DNA of 64,000 nt from the NCBI GenBank assembly GCA_000004695.1, contig CM000151.3, positions 6,240,001 to 6,304,000 of the forward strand, read 5' to 3'. The position numbers were made by a program, and so were the translations under genes. How positions within the stretch are numbered: position 1 is the stretch's first letter; the number at the start of each line of letters is the position of its first letter. The notes under the pieces were generated by a model. That model saw only the letters and a program-made list of their open reading frames with translations, did not search any database and had not been told where the DNA came from. This stretch comes from Dictyostelium discoideum. Lineage: Eukaryota. Shown here piece after piece: positions 29,416 to 41,350 of the stretch.

Positions 29416-30217
29416 TTATTGTTGTTGGTTGTTGATTTTAATATCTACCATTTCAATTGGATAACCTCTAGCAGTAATTGATTGATGGGAACCTGGTTGG
29501 AGATCAAAAACATTTACACCTCCAAATACTTTTTTGATATGATCTTCAATTTCTTTAATTTCATTTTGTTTTTCAACTTCTTTTTCTTTAGTTTGAATAC
29601 GTCTTTTAATTAAATAAATTGCACTACCAACCAATGCTGAACAACCTATAAAACTACAAATTACAATTCCAGAAATTGCACCATCAGATAAAGAGGGACT
29701 TTCATCAGGAATACTTTCAACTCCTTCATTTTGGCCAGTAAACATATCAATAAATTCTCCATGTGATAAGTCACTAAATTTATTCAATGATACTTTTCAA
29801 AAAAAAAAAAAAAAAAAAATTATTATTATTTATATCACATTTTAAAAATTATATTTTAAATTAAAATTAATACATACATGTTGGAATATTAGAACTTGGT
29901 AAAGTAATAGAAATCGATGGTAAAATTACATCATTGATTGATTGTAATTTTCTTCCAAATGATGATTCAATGAATGAATTTTGGATATCATCTTCAAATG
30001 TTACAGTGACAAACTTTACATTTTTATTATTGGAATTTTGAATTTGGATACAATTCTCTTTGAAATTTTCAAATTTTTCATTTATTACTGAAGAATGATA
30101 TTTTACATCGTATGCATCCATCCAAGAATTAAATACTGGCCAATATTTATCATTAATTTCGTTTGAATTAATTAAACTTGGAAATATAAAAAATAAAATT
30201 AATAATAATTTAATCAT
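29416..30217 (-). CDS. Type-I membrane protein with an extracellular cathepsin-propeptide-inhibitor (I29)-like domain, 2 exons (29878..30217, 29416..29792), about 238 aa
   Basis: Exon 1 has a signal peptide MIKLLLILFFIFPSLINS, then YWPVFNSWMDAYDVKYHSSVINEKFENFKENCIQIQNSNN (I29-like F.SW...Y.K.Y.S..E...RF..FK.N..I). Donor GTATGT in phase 1; acceptor gaaaAG. Exon 2 reads LSLNKFSDLSHGEFIDMFTG (the I29 N.FaDLt.eEF motif), followed by a TM segment ISGIVICSFIGCSALVGSAIYLI and a basic cytoplasmic tail. Confidence 0.5.
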
Positions 30218-30825
30218 TTTTTTTTAGAATTTTAGTTTTAATAATATTATACAATTTTTTATTTATTTATATATTTAAGATATTAAAATAAAACAAAATA
30301 AAAAAATAATAGATTATTTATAATTTTTTTTTTTTTTTTTTTTATTTTTTTTTTCTTTTTAATTTAAATTATTATTTTTTATATAAATTTTTATTTGTAA
30401 AATTAAATTTGCGTATAATTTAAATTATTTGAAAAATAACATATATTAAGATGAATCTAATTATCTTTTTGTTTTTTGATTTAAAAAAAACTTAAATTTT
30501 TTTTTTTAATCCTAGTTTGGGGGAATCTTTTTATTAAATGATTTTTGAAAAAAAAAAAAGTACAGTTTTAAAACGAATTTGTTTTTTGAAAAAACTTTTT
30601 TGGAATTTGCACCACAATTATTATTATAATACATTTTATTTATTTCTACACATATTATTTGAATTGTTTTTATTATTATTATTTTTTTAAAATTTTTTTT
30701 TAAGTCTTATAAAAAAAAAAAGTATAAATTAAAAAAAAAAGTTTAATAAAAAAAAAAAAAAAAAAAGATTTAATAAAATAAAATTAAAATAATCTTTGTA
30801 TAAAAAAAAAAAAAAAAAAAATAAA

Positions 30826-32073
30826 ATGTCCACAAAATATTTAATAATATTATTAATTTTAACAATTTCCAAAATTTCCGGATTTAATGAAATTGAACAA
30901 AAATCAATAGAAAATTATCATAATTACATAAGAATTAAAGCTAAATTATTTGGAGCAGAACCAAAGTCACCACTGAATCAAGTTAAATGGTCAAATGATA
31001 TTGCAAATAAAGTTCAAACATTTGTTAGTCAATGTAATTTAGGAGTACCACAAAATATTGAAGGAACTGGTTTTGCATTGTTTAAAGTGATGGGAAAAGA
31101 GTTTGATCCAGTTGACATTTTAAATAGAACTTTTGAAAGATCAGCACCACTATACGATTGGAGTACTGGTAATTGTAAACCTGATCAATGCTGCGACACT
31201 TATCAAACTATGATATGGAATACTTCAACTTCTGTTGGTTGTGCAAGTTCATACTGTTCAAGTGGTAGTTATAATTTCTTTGTCTGTGGATATTATCCAA
31301 TTGGTAATTTTGCAGGTATTAAGCCATATACACCAAAAGTGCAATCACAACTCACCGAAAATGGCAGCGGCGGCGGCGACACTAAATTAGAACCATCAGT
31401 AAAACCAATTTCAATTAATGTTTCATCTCGATTTATTTTACCAACAAGTTCAACTGGCGATGTTGATTGGAAATCATTAGGATTTGTAACATCAATTAAA
31501 AATCAAGGTCAGTGTGGTGGTTGTTACTCATTTGCAACATGTGCAGCATTGGAAAGTGCTTATTTAATTAAAAATAATCTTCCAAATACTGATATTGATT
31601 TATCAGAGCAAAACTTTGTTAGTTGTGTAAATTATGGTTGTGGTGGTGGAAATGGTCAATCATGTTTAGATAAATTAAAATCCACTGGTATTATGTATGA
31701 AACTAGTTATCCATATAAAGCTGTTACTGGAAGTTGTCCAAATGTAATTCAAAGTCCACAACCATTTAAATGGACAGGTTATTCAAATATTCAAGGTAAT
31801 AAAGAAGCATTTTTAAATGCATTAAAATCAGGTCCAATCTATGCATCATTATATGTGGATAGTGGTTTCCAACTTTATAAATCTGGAATTTATTCATGTT
31901 CTCAATCTTCAACACCCAATCATGCAATTACAATCGTTGGTTACTCAAGTGCTGATAATTCCTATTTAATTAAAAATAGTTGGGGTACAATTTATGGAGA
32001 ATCCGGTTATATTCGTTTAAAAGAAGGTTCATGTAATTTATATTCTTTTACTGGTATAACTACACAAGTTTAA
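30826..32073 (+). CDS. Secreted fusion of an SCP/CAP/PR-1 domain with a papain-like (C1) cysteine protease domain, about 415 aa; no classical propeptide
   Basis: Signal peptide MSTKYLIILLILTISKISG. The CAP motifs are YHNYIR, W...A.KVQTFVSQC, GCASSYC...FFVCGYYPIGN. The C1 catalytic domain reads DWKSLGFVTSIKNQGQCGGCYSF (Gln and Cys), NHAITIVGY (His), NSWG (Asn). I chose the ATG at 30826, not the poly-Lys start at 30796. Confidence 0.75.
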   Translation: MSTKYLIILLILTISKISGFNEIEQKSIENYHNYIRIKAKLFGAEPKSPLNQVKWSNDIANKVQTFVSQCNLGVPQNIEGTGFALFKVMGKEFDPVDILNRTFERSAPLYDWSTGNCKPDQCCDTYQTMIWNTSTSVGCASSYCSSGSYNFFVCGYYPIGNFAGIKPYTPKVQSQLTENGSGGGDTKLEPSVKPISINVSSRFILPTSSTGDVDWKSLGFVTSIKNQGQCGGCYSFATCAALESAYLIKNNLPNTDIDLSEQNFVSCVNYGCGGGNGQSCLDKLKSTGIMYETSYPYKAVTGSCPNVIQSPQPFKWTGYSNIQGNKEAFLNALKSGPIYASLYVDSGFQLYKSGIYSCSQSSTPNHAITIVGYSSADNSYLIKNSWGTIYGESGYIRLKEGSCNLYSFTGITTQV

Positions 32074-32282
32074 ATTATATTATTTAATAAAAATAAATAA
32101 ATTTGATTTATTAAAAACATTATCAATACATTATTATTATTATAATTTAATTTTATTTAATTTTATTTTGATAATTATAATTAAGTTTAAAAATGAATCT
32201 AAGATTAATTATTTTTTTTTAAATTTCTTAATTTTTTTTTTTTTCTTCTTTTTTTCTTTTGTTCATTTATTTATTAAATAAT

Positions 32283-32962
32283 TTAAGTTGAACCAAAAAC
32301 ATATTCACTAACTTTTGAAAAGAATGATGGTCTTGAGGGTGTTCCTAATGCATTATTATTTGAAAATGATTGTGGGTCATAATCTGATCTTGCTGGATGA
32401 TATTTCTTTTCAATTGTTTTCAAAGAGTGATCACCAAGTTGTGATGGTTGTGCTTTAATTGGATCTGATTCATTTCTCTGTTAATTTTTTTCAAAAAAAA
32501 TAAATAAATAAAAAATAATAAAAATAAAAAAGAGTTAGTTTTTTTTTTTAAAACTTTGGAATTATATAATTAATAAATACATACAATTTTTTCTTTACAA
32601 GGTACAATACCAATCATACAATTTCCTAAAATTAAACCATTCTTTTTTAATAAATCGATTGAAGAATATTCAGATTCAAATTTCAAATAAATCCAATTAC
32701 AATTTGGTTGTTGAGGATATTCAATCTCAATGATATTACCATATTTTGAGAGTTCATCAACGATTAAATCCGTTTTATCGTGAGAGAAACCAAATACAGT
32801 TAACCAACGTTTATCATATTTATCTAAAAACATTTGAGTAATTTGTTGAGATGCTACACTTTGAACGAAAATATTACTAGTTGTTGGTGTAATTAAATTA
32901 TTATTATTATTATTTTGTTGTTGTTGATTATTATAAGGTGTTGATTGTTGTTGTAGTTGTAG

Positions 32963-32993
<31 letters not shown>

Positions 32994-33026
32994 AGTTGTT
33001 GTAGTTGTTGTTGTTGTTGTAAATGA

Positions 33027-33105
<79 letters not shown>

Positions 33106-33958
33106 GGAATTGTTGTTGATTATAAATATTTAAAAATGGTGAATTCGTAGCTACTGTGCTATTATTATATACATTATTTTGTAATGGTGTTTGTGATTGA
33201 TTATTATTATTATAGAATGATGGTTGTTGATTATAAATACTTTGATTTAAATCTTGAGCTGATAAAGGTGATGATGTCTGTTGTTGTTGTTGTAATTGTT
33301 GATATTGTTGTTCAACTTGATTATATAGATAATTTTGAGTATTTTGTTGATGCTGTATATTTGCATTTCTTTGATGTAATCTTTGTTGTTGATTTTGTTG
33401 ATGTTGTGATAGAATCTGTTGTTTCAATTGCTTTGGTTCTTCATAGATCGAATTCACAGGAATTGATAATAAATCATTATTTTGATTATTTATTTGATTA
33501 TTGTTATTATTATTGTTGTTACTATTATTATTGCTATTGTTATTATTGTTATTATTATTATTATTATTACTATTATTTGTACCACTTATACTTGTACCAA
33601 TACCAAAACGTCTATTTAAATTTGGTGTATTCATATTTATATTTGAATTACCATCTTGATAACCAAAAGCATGATTTGAGGATGGACTTGATGATGATGA
33701 TGATGATGGTGGTTGATATGGTCCCATTGATCTACTATAATATGAAGAGTATGGTGTACCTGGTGTTTGAGAATTTGATGGACTTTGCATTTGATTTATT
33801 GGTGAATTAGTACTATGTGGTGGACTTGATAAATTACCAATATTATTCTTATCCTCATTACTCTTATCTTGTGATGAAAATATTCTACTTGGTATATATT
33901 GTCTATTTATTTCATTTGAATTTGAATTTAATTTTGATGAACTTGCATTTAAATTCAT
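32283..33958 (-). CDS. nup35: Nucleoporin Nup35/Nup53 (MPPN) homolog, 2 exons (32585..33958, 32283..32477), about 522 aa
   Basis: The Q/N-rich N-terminal part is followed by an RRM-like domain RWLTVFGFSHDKTDLIVDELSKYGNIIEIEYPQQPNCNWIYLKFESEYS...GNCMIGIVPCKEKI (compare human WVTVFGFP...IGVKPC) with donor GTATGT. Acceptor ttaacAG. The terminal exon ends ...SFFSKVSEYVFGST, the conserved C-terminal amphipathic helix (compare human SKAMEYMFGW). Confidence 0.75.
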
Positions 33959-34207
33959 TTTGTTTTATTTTATTTTATTTTATCAAATCCAAATATCACA
34001 AATCTTTCAAAAAAAAAAAAAAAGAAAATAAAAAACAAATGAACTGTTGAAAATAAAAAACAAATGAACTGTTGACAATAAAAAAAAAATAAAAAAAAAA
34101 AAAATACAAAAAATCAAAAAAAAAAAAAAAAAAATTTGAAAAAAAAAAAAAAAAAAAAATAAAAATAGAAAAAAAAGGAAAGTCCAACGGTTATGAATTT
34201 TCATATT

Positions 34208-35509
34208 TTATTTTTCTTCACTATTTTGGTTATCAATAGTTGTAGTTGAAATTGTAGTGGTAGTTGTAGTAGTAGTAGTATTACTATTACTATTATTATT
34301 ATTATTATTTAAATCAGATGGAAAATAACTAATACCTTCACAAGTTATTAAATTTGTTTCTTCACCAGATTGAGTATTATTAGTTAATGGTGTAATTGTA
34401 AAAATAGCACCAGTCATTAAAGATGTTATATGAATTGAAGTTTGAGTATGTAATGAGATTGGACCAGTTTTAATTTGACTTTTACCTTTTGCTAAAGCCA
34501 TGAAAATGATTAATTGATCTTGAAGGTATTCATCCATACAACCACCATCTTGCAAATCTTTGAGTAAAGAATTTGCAGCATCTTCTGCGACTTTTTCAGC
34601 AGGTACACCAATTGCACCATTTCCAGTTGCACCAAATATACAACCTTGGTCGGTGTATGCCCTAATTTCAATGAATGTACCATCACCAAAACTAAATTTA
34701 CTCACATCGATTAACTCTGTTTCAACATCCACCTTTTTAAAATCCTTTTTTATTAATTTCTTTGCAGTGTTATTCATCCTCTCTGCTACCAATGGTGATA
34801 TTCTAGGCGACGTGAAATAGGACTTGATTACAATTCTATTCACCTCACCCTTATTCACTATGGTGATTGGCGAGAGTGGTTGTGTGAGTGGTTGGGTTGT
34901 CAATGTGACAGCGCCGCCGCCCTTTGGGTAGAACCCTCTTTTATCAATACTCATCTCACATTTAAATCCCATAGTTGTTGCAATTGGTAGGAAAACATTT
35001 TGAATATAGTCTGCAGCTGGTGCAAAATCACAATTTGTTCCACCACCCAATACCATCTTTGTGGAATGTGGTGCAAAGATTAAACATGGTAATGAAACTT
35101 GAATCATCAAACAAATACTACCAGCTGTTTTAGTATCAGCTTCAATTACACCATCATCTTGAATTGTCTTTTGTGTTGGTTGATAATAAAGTTTACATGA
35201 ACCAACACTACAACCTGTTAAATGAGCTTTAAATAAACGTGACATTAAATCAATACCAGCTTTATGTTGATTTTTCAATCCTGGTTGATCTCTATTATAC
35301 CTAATCTTTTCAATTGAAATGGCTTTATTAAATAATGATGCTAATGCAACTGAATTTCTTAAAATTTGACCACCACCTTCTAAAATTGATCCATCAATTT
35401 TAAAATCTGGTTTTTCTTCAATTGTTTGTTGTTGTTGTGCTACTGTGGTATCATTATTTGTTTTTGATTTTTTAAATTGATTTTTATTATAATTTTTATT
35501 TTTACCCAT
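34208..35509 (-). CDS. rtcA: RNA 3'-terminal phosphate cyclase (RtcA family), 433 aa, single exon
   Basis: IDGSILEGGGQILRNSVALASLFNKAISIEKIRYNRDQPGL at the N-terminus and ...DQLIIFMALAKG...ISLHTQTSIHI near the C-terminus (the cyclase His-containing motif); collinear with the RtcA/Rcl1 family. Confidence 0.8.
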   Translation of the reverse strand: MGKNKNYNKNQFKKSKTNNDTTVAQQQQTIEEKPDFKIDGSILEGGGQILRNSVALASLFNKAISIEKIRYNRDQPGLKNQHKAGIDLMSRLFKAHLTGCSVGSCKLYYQPTQKTIQDDGVIEADTKTAGSICLMIQVSLPCLIFAPHSTKMVLGGGTNCDFAPAADYIQNVFLPIATTMGFKCEMSIDKRGFYPKGGGAVTLTTQPLTQPLSPITIVNKGEVNRIVIKSYFTSPRISPLVAERMNNTAKKLIKKDFKKVDVETELIDVSKFSFGDGTFIEIRAYTDQGCIFGATGNGAIGVPAEKVAEDAANSLLKDLQDGGCMDEYLQDQLIIFMALAKGKSQIKTGPISLHTQTSIHITSLMTGAIFTITPLTNNTQSGEETNLITCEGISYFPSDLNNNNNNSNSNTTTTTTTTTISTTTIDNQNSEEK

Positions 35510-35569
35510 AATTATTTGATTTTTAATATATCTTTTTTTTTATTTTTCAAAAATGAAAAAAAATTTTTG

Positions 35570-35610
<41 letters not shown>

Positions 35611-35917
35611 AATAACCAAAAAAGTGAGAAAAAATTAAAAATAAAAAAAGAAAAAAAATATAAAACAGAAAATTTTATTTATTTTTATTTTTATTTTTAT
35701 TTAAGAATTAATTTTTTGAAATTTCGGAAAAAAATAATAATAACAAAGAAAAGGTTAACGATGGTCAAAAAAAAAAAAAAAAAAAAATTAAAAAAAAAAA
35801 TATTAAAACTATGATTTAGGAAATTAGAAAGAGTTGGAATTCCAATAATTTTTTAATTTTTAAAACTTTTTAATTTTTTATTTAATTTCTTGGTTTTTTT
35901 TTTTTTTTTTTTTTTTT

Positions 35918-37640
35918 TTAAGTTGAATTTCTTCTTCTATGATTTGAATTAAAGGGTTTTGCTTCTGCTAAATAATTTTTATTTAATTCCAAAAGACTTT
36001 GAAAGTTTACATATAAAAAGTCATCAAAATTTGCATTTGTATTTTGATTGATTGTAATTGAATCTAAATTTGATGTTGTTGCAGTTGCAGTTGCAGTAGT
36101 GGAAGAAGTTGATGGAGGTGAAGTTGTTAAAATAGTGGAAGATTCCTTATTTTGATTTTGATTTTGAACAAAAGGTTTACAAGATTCAGCGAAATCATCA
36201 GAAACTTTATAAATTTCTTTTCTTGGATCAAAGTAACTTGTATCTTGGAGATTTTCAATCTTTGGTTTAAAGTATGGTTCTTGAGTTAAAATTGTTTTCC
36301 AATTTATTGATTTAAAGAATGGATGAGATTTAATTTCTTCAGCACCATTAAAACCTAATCTTTGTCTTGGGTCTAAAGCTAACAATTTATCAATTAAATC
36401 TCTTGCTTCAGGACTCATATCTTCAGGCCAAGAAATATTTCTTTGAAGAATATTTTGAAAAGTTTCTTGAACACTTGAACCATTAAATGGAGAAACTCCA
36501 CAAAGAAATTCATAAAGTATAACACCTAATGAAAACCAATCAGCTGATGCACCATGACCAATTCCTAAAAGAATTTCAGGTGCTAAATAATCTGGTGTAC
36601 CAACACAACTTAATTTTCTATGTATATTATGTGGTGGTAATGGTGGTGTTGTTTGTTGTTGTTGTTGAGATTGTTGTTGAGATTGTTGACCAGTAGTTGT
36701 AGTGGTTGTAGTTGTAGTAGTTGTAGGAATATTTGAAATTGGTTGTTGATTAATTGGTGGTGGTGGTATAAATCCTTTTACACCCATCATCATTGGAGAT
36801 ATTGGTTTATCACTATTCAATAAATTTAATGAAGGAATTGATGGTGAAGATGATGCTGAAAATAATGACTTAGATTGAGCTAATGATAATAATTTCTTTT
36901 CTTTCTTTGCTGGTATTGCAGTATTGCTTGGAATTGGAGTTTCAGTATTAATAACATGACCACCTACCATCGTTGCTCCAGTTGTATTGTTGTTATTGTT
37001 ATTGTTATTTGTACTACTAATATTTGAACCAATAGTATTAGAACCACCAATATTTGATACTGATGATGATGATGATGATTGATTATTTTTACCAGATAAA
37101 GTTGGACTAAAATAAGAAGGTGGTACAACAGTTTGTCTATCTAATAATCCAACCTTACTAAGACCAAAATCTGTTAATTTTATATGGCCTTTCTTATCTA
37201 TTAAAAGATTATCAGGTTTAACATCACGATGAACAATACCATGACTATGTAAATATTCTAATGCCAAGACAGTCTCTGCAATGATCATTTTTGCCATATT
37301 TTCATCCATTGACCCTAACATTTGTAATAATGAAAAGCAATCACCACCTTGTAAATATTCCATAACCAAATAATAATATTCCTTTGTTTGAAATGAATAA
37401 TACATCTTTACAACAAATGGATTACTTGTATAGGCTAAAATATTTCTTTCAACTTTGACATGATCCAATTGGTTCTTCTTTATCATATCAGATTTCTTTA
37501 ATCTCTTTATTGCATAAATATCACCAGTTCTAATCTTTTTAGCTAAAAATACTTTTCCATATCCACCTTTTGTAATTGGTTTAATAAATTCAAAATCTGA
37601 TATAGTTGGTACACCTTTTGGTTTATATTCAATTTGCTAA

Positions 37641-37692
<52 letters not shown>

Positions 37693-38141
37693 CAGTATCA
37701 AAAAATATTATTATTTTGTTATTTGTTATTATAGTTTTTTTTTTTTTTTTTTAATATTTACAGTTTGATGAACAGGATCAGAATCAGATCTTAATCTACC
37801 GCCTAATGGAGTTTGAGATAATTCTTCTTCTCTTGGTGATTTTAAAATTCTTGGTGAATTAGTTCTAAAAATTCTTGGTGAAGAATTAATTACATCATCG
37901 GCTCTTTTCAATGCATTTACTTTATCAGAGATTAAACTTTGAATTTTTATTGCCAATTCTCTATTATCATCTTTTGGATCAAAATTTTTAATAATATCAT
38001 TCATAATATGAATCATTTTTAAATTTTCTTTAATTCCATTTTCAACTGCAAATAATGCAATTTCTCTTAATTCTATAATCATTTTCTATATTAAATAAAA
38101 AAATAAATAAATAAGAAAAAAGTTAATAAAAAATAATAAAT

Positions 38142-38177
<36 letters not shown>

Positions 38178-38614
38178 ACATACTCTTTTTTCGTGTGGAA
38201 TATCATTTGATCTTGTTAATAAAATCTTTGCAACAGCTCTTAAATGATCATCAACATTCATGGCTTTCATATCTTCTTCATTTGCCATTGCACATATTTT
38301 AGAATGATCCTCTAATAACGATGAATGAATTGGTTCTTCACAAATTCTACACATTGCCATTTGACTATCATCGTTATGGTCTTCAATCAATTTAACAGAT
38401 GGTATCTCTGAAAATGATCTTGCTAATTTTCTATATGGTTCTTTTTTAATTTGTTCCTCTTCTTTGTTTGGACTAAAACTTTTTGATCTAACTAATGGCT
38501 GTTGTTGTTGTTGTTGTAAATTTAATTTTTTAAAATTATATTTTTTTGATTGTTTATAATTTATTATACAAAAATTTGGTATTCCATTTTCATTTTCATT
38601 TTTATTATTTTTAA

Positions 38615-38651
<37 letters not shown>

Positions 38652-39820
38652 TGGTTGAAATGGAATTTGTGAAATTTTTAATTTTTTACATGGTGAATTA
38701 TGTGGTGATGAAATTGGTGATGATGTTGGTGAGGGAATGATTGATATTAAAATAAAATTAATTAAAATTAAAAAGAAATTATTATTATTATTGTTAAGAT
38801 TATTTTTTATTTTATTATTGTTAGTATTATTTCGATTCATTTAATTAATTCAATTCAGAAAAAAAAAATTTAAAAAATAAAAAAAAAAAATAATTACCCT
38901 CTTTAAAATATATTCGTCACTAGATGTTTTCTAAAAAAAAAAAAAAAAAAAAAAAATAATTAATTAATTTGGTTAATATTGTTTCCAGGAAAAAGTTAGA
39001 TATTTTTTTGATTAAAAAAATAAAAAATAAAAAAAAAAAAATTTATAAAATCCATTATCATAAAAGTGTTTTTTGTAAAAAAAAAAAAAAAAGAAAAATT
39101 AAAAATAAAAATAATTTGATTAGTGAATTAAATATCTTACCAAATCATTTAGTCTTGGGTCTAATAAAAATACAGGTGACTCGTAAGGTTTACGAGAAAG
39201 TGGTGAATTTGCAGATAGGGAGTGATGAACATGTGTTTTTTTGAATGGACGTTTATTTTTTAATTTTCTCTCACTAATTTCATAATGGTTTGTGTTGTAA
39301 ATGTTATCATCATCCTCATCCTCTTCTTCATCCTCTCCACTAGTACTCGTAGTATATTCATCATGTTCTTCTGATGTTGAAAGGGTTTCTTCTTCAGATG
39401 ATGATGATAATAAATTTTCTTCACTTCCAACCACTTTTTTTGTAATTTCACCGCCACCACCCCCAACATTTGTTTCTAATGGGGTTGGAATAATATCTTT
39501 TGAATGAATTGGTTCTTTAATATTTAAATTTGTTTCATTTTTTGAATAAATCTAATTAAAAAATTAAAAAAATTAAAAAAAAAAATAAAGACATTAGTGT
39601 TTGCAAATATTTGCATTTTTAATAACATTTAAAAAAATAAAAAATTTATAATAAAACCTACAATATCAGAAACCCTTCTAGAAAGTAAAGGTGGTTTAAT
39701 AGTTGATGGAGTTTCAAGTGATTGAGTAGGTTGGCTTGATAATGGGGTTGTTAAGATATTATTATTTGCTGAAATTGTTTGTGGTGAAGTAATCGATTGT
39801 GGTGGAGGTGGTTGGGCAAT

Positions 39821-39906
<86 letters not shown>

Positions 39907-40481
39907 GCTGCTTACTAATTTCGTTTGAAATATTTGAAGAACTAATTGGTAAAGGTGGTAAAAGATTTGAAGGAGGTGATTTTTGTATTTCAAACTTTAC
40001 ATATTTTTGAGGTTCTTGTTGTTTTTGTTCTTGTTCTTTTTGTTGTTCTTTTTGTTGTTCTTTTTGTTGTTCTTTTTGTTGTTCTTTTTGTTCTTTTTGT
40101 TGTTCTTTTTGTTGTTGTTGTGGTGGTGGTAGTGGTGGAGAAGGACGCTTAATTGGGGAAGGTTTACCATTTTTCAACTTAATTTGTTGATTAACTAGTT
40201 TTTGTTGTAATTGTTGTTCTAATAACTTTGGTGAATAGGATAAACATCTATAGTGTGATTTTTGAAAGTTTATTGGGTTTTTTTCAAAAATTTCTTTACA
40301 AGAGATACCTGAAGTATTAGAAAGATCAACATCATCAACACCATTGAGTTGATCTTTATCTTTATTACTAACTATATCAATGATTTCTTTATCATCTTTA
40401 TCATCATGATCTAAAAATGGTTGTAGTTTTGGTGATGGAATTGTTGCTTGTATTGTTTGATGAGTTGGAGAAATTGTTTTA

Positions 40482-40537
<56 letters not shown>

Positions 40538-41029
40538 TTCATCAATTCTATTCAATTCAAAATCATATAGTTGATCAAAACCATTATTTTTATTTATTGA
40601 AGATGAAGGGGATCTATCTTTTGATTCAATACCAAGTAATTGATTAACTCTTGCATATTTTGCAATGATTGTTAAAAGTTTAATTACCAATTCTCTACAT
40701 TTACCTAAGATTTTAAATTGTGTTGAATTTAAAATTGATAGTAATTCTTCAGCAAAGCTTTCATATTGAATCTCCTCTTGTTTACAAAATAAACTAGCTA
40801 TATCAATTAATCTTTTAGTTACATCTATATAAATTTGTGATGATTCTAATTCAATTGATGAATTTCTTAAAGTTCTTTTGGCATCCACAATAAAGAGTTG
40901 TAGTCTACCATCTGTATCTTGTTTATTAATTTTTATTATATTTTGTTGTTGACTATTGTACATTGTTGTTATATTTTTTCCACTTCTTCTTAAATCAATT
41001 GATTTATTATTTTTATTATTATTTTTAAA

Positions 41030-41123
<94 letters not shown>

Positions 41124-41145
41124 GTATTATTATTGTTATTATTAA

Positions 41146-41185
<40 letters not shown>

Positions 41186-41350
41186 TATTACATTATCATT
41201 ATTATTTTTATTATTATTTTGATTTACAATTTTTATATTTTTCGTACTATTTATATTATTACTATTCGAAATTACAATCTGGATTATGATGCTCCAATTC
41301 CTTTTTTGAAGGATTTGCCTCTGCATTTTTAAAAATGTTTTTATTATCAT
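35918..41350 (-). CDS. MAST/Greatwall-like AGC protein kinase with a ~190-aa activation-segment insert, multi-exon on the minus strand. Confident exons are 39141..39551, 38184..38498, 37762..38085 and 35918..37636. The first exon 39662..41350 has an uncertain start, and a possible 33-bp micro-exon lies at 38898..38930
   Basis: The last exon reads QIEYKPKGVPTISDFEFIKPITKGGYGKVFLAKK...HRDVKPDNLLIDKKGHIKLTDFGLSKVGLL...(insert)...KLSCVGTPDYLAPE...FFKSINW plus an AGC tail FDPRKE. Upstream exons are linked by GTAAAT/GTATGT/GTAAGA/GTAGGT donors and AG acceptors, all in phase 0. They encode DUF1908-like helices (LQLFIVDAKRTL...ELLSILNSTQFKILGKCRELVIKLLTIIAKYARV; MCRICEEPIHSSLLEDHSKICAM) typical of MAST kinases. 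Confidence 0.65.

Noticed and set aside
30796-30825. Poly-Lys N-terminal extension of the SCP-protease ORF (MYKKKKKKNK)
   Set aside because: It is a translation of a promoter poly(A) tract. The signal-peptide ATG at 30826 is the sensible start.
32938-34050. Plus-strand ORFs 32938..33150, 33184..33810, 33817..34050
   Set aside because: They are antisense to the nup35 poly-Gln/Asn region (poly-V, poly-Y translations).
39946-41222. Poly-V, poly-Y and poly-L ORFs (39946..40152, 40417..40647, 40956..41222)
   Set aside because: They are antisense to (CAA)n/(AAT)n tracts of the kinase first exon.
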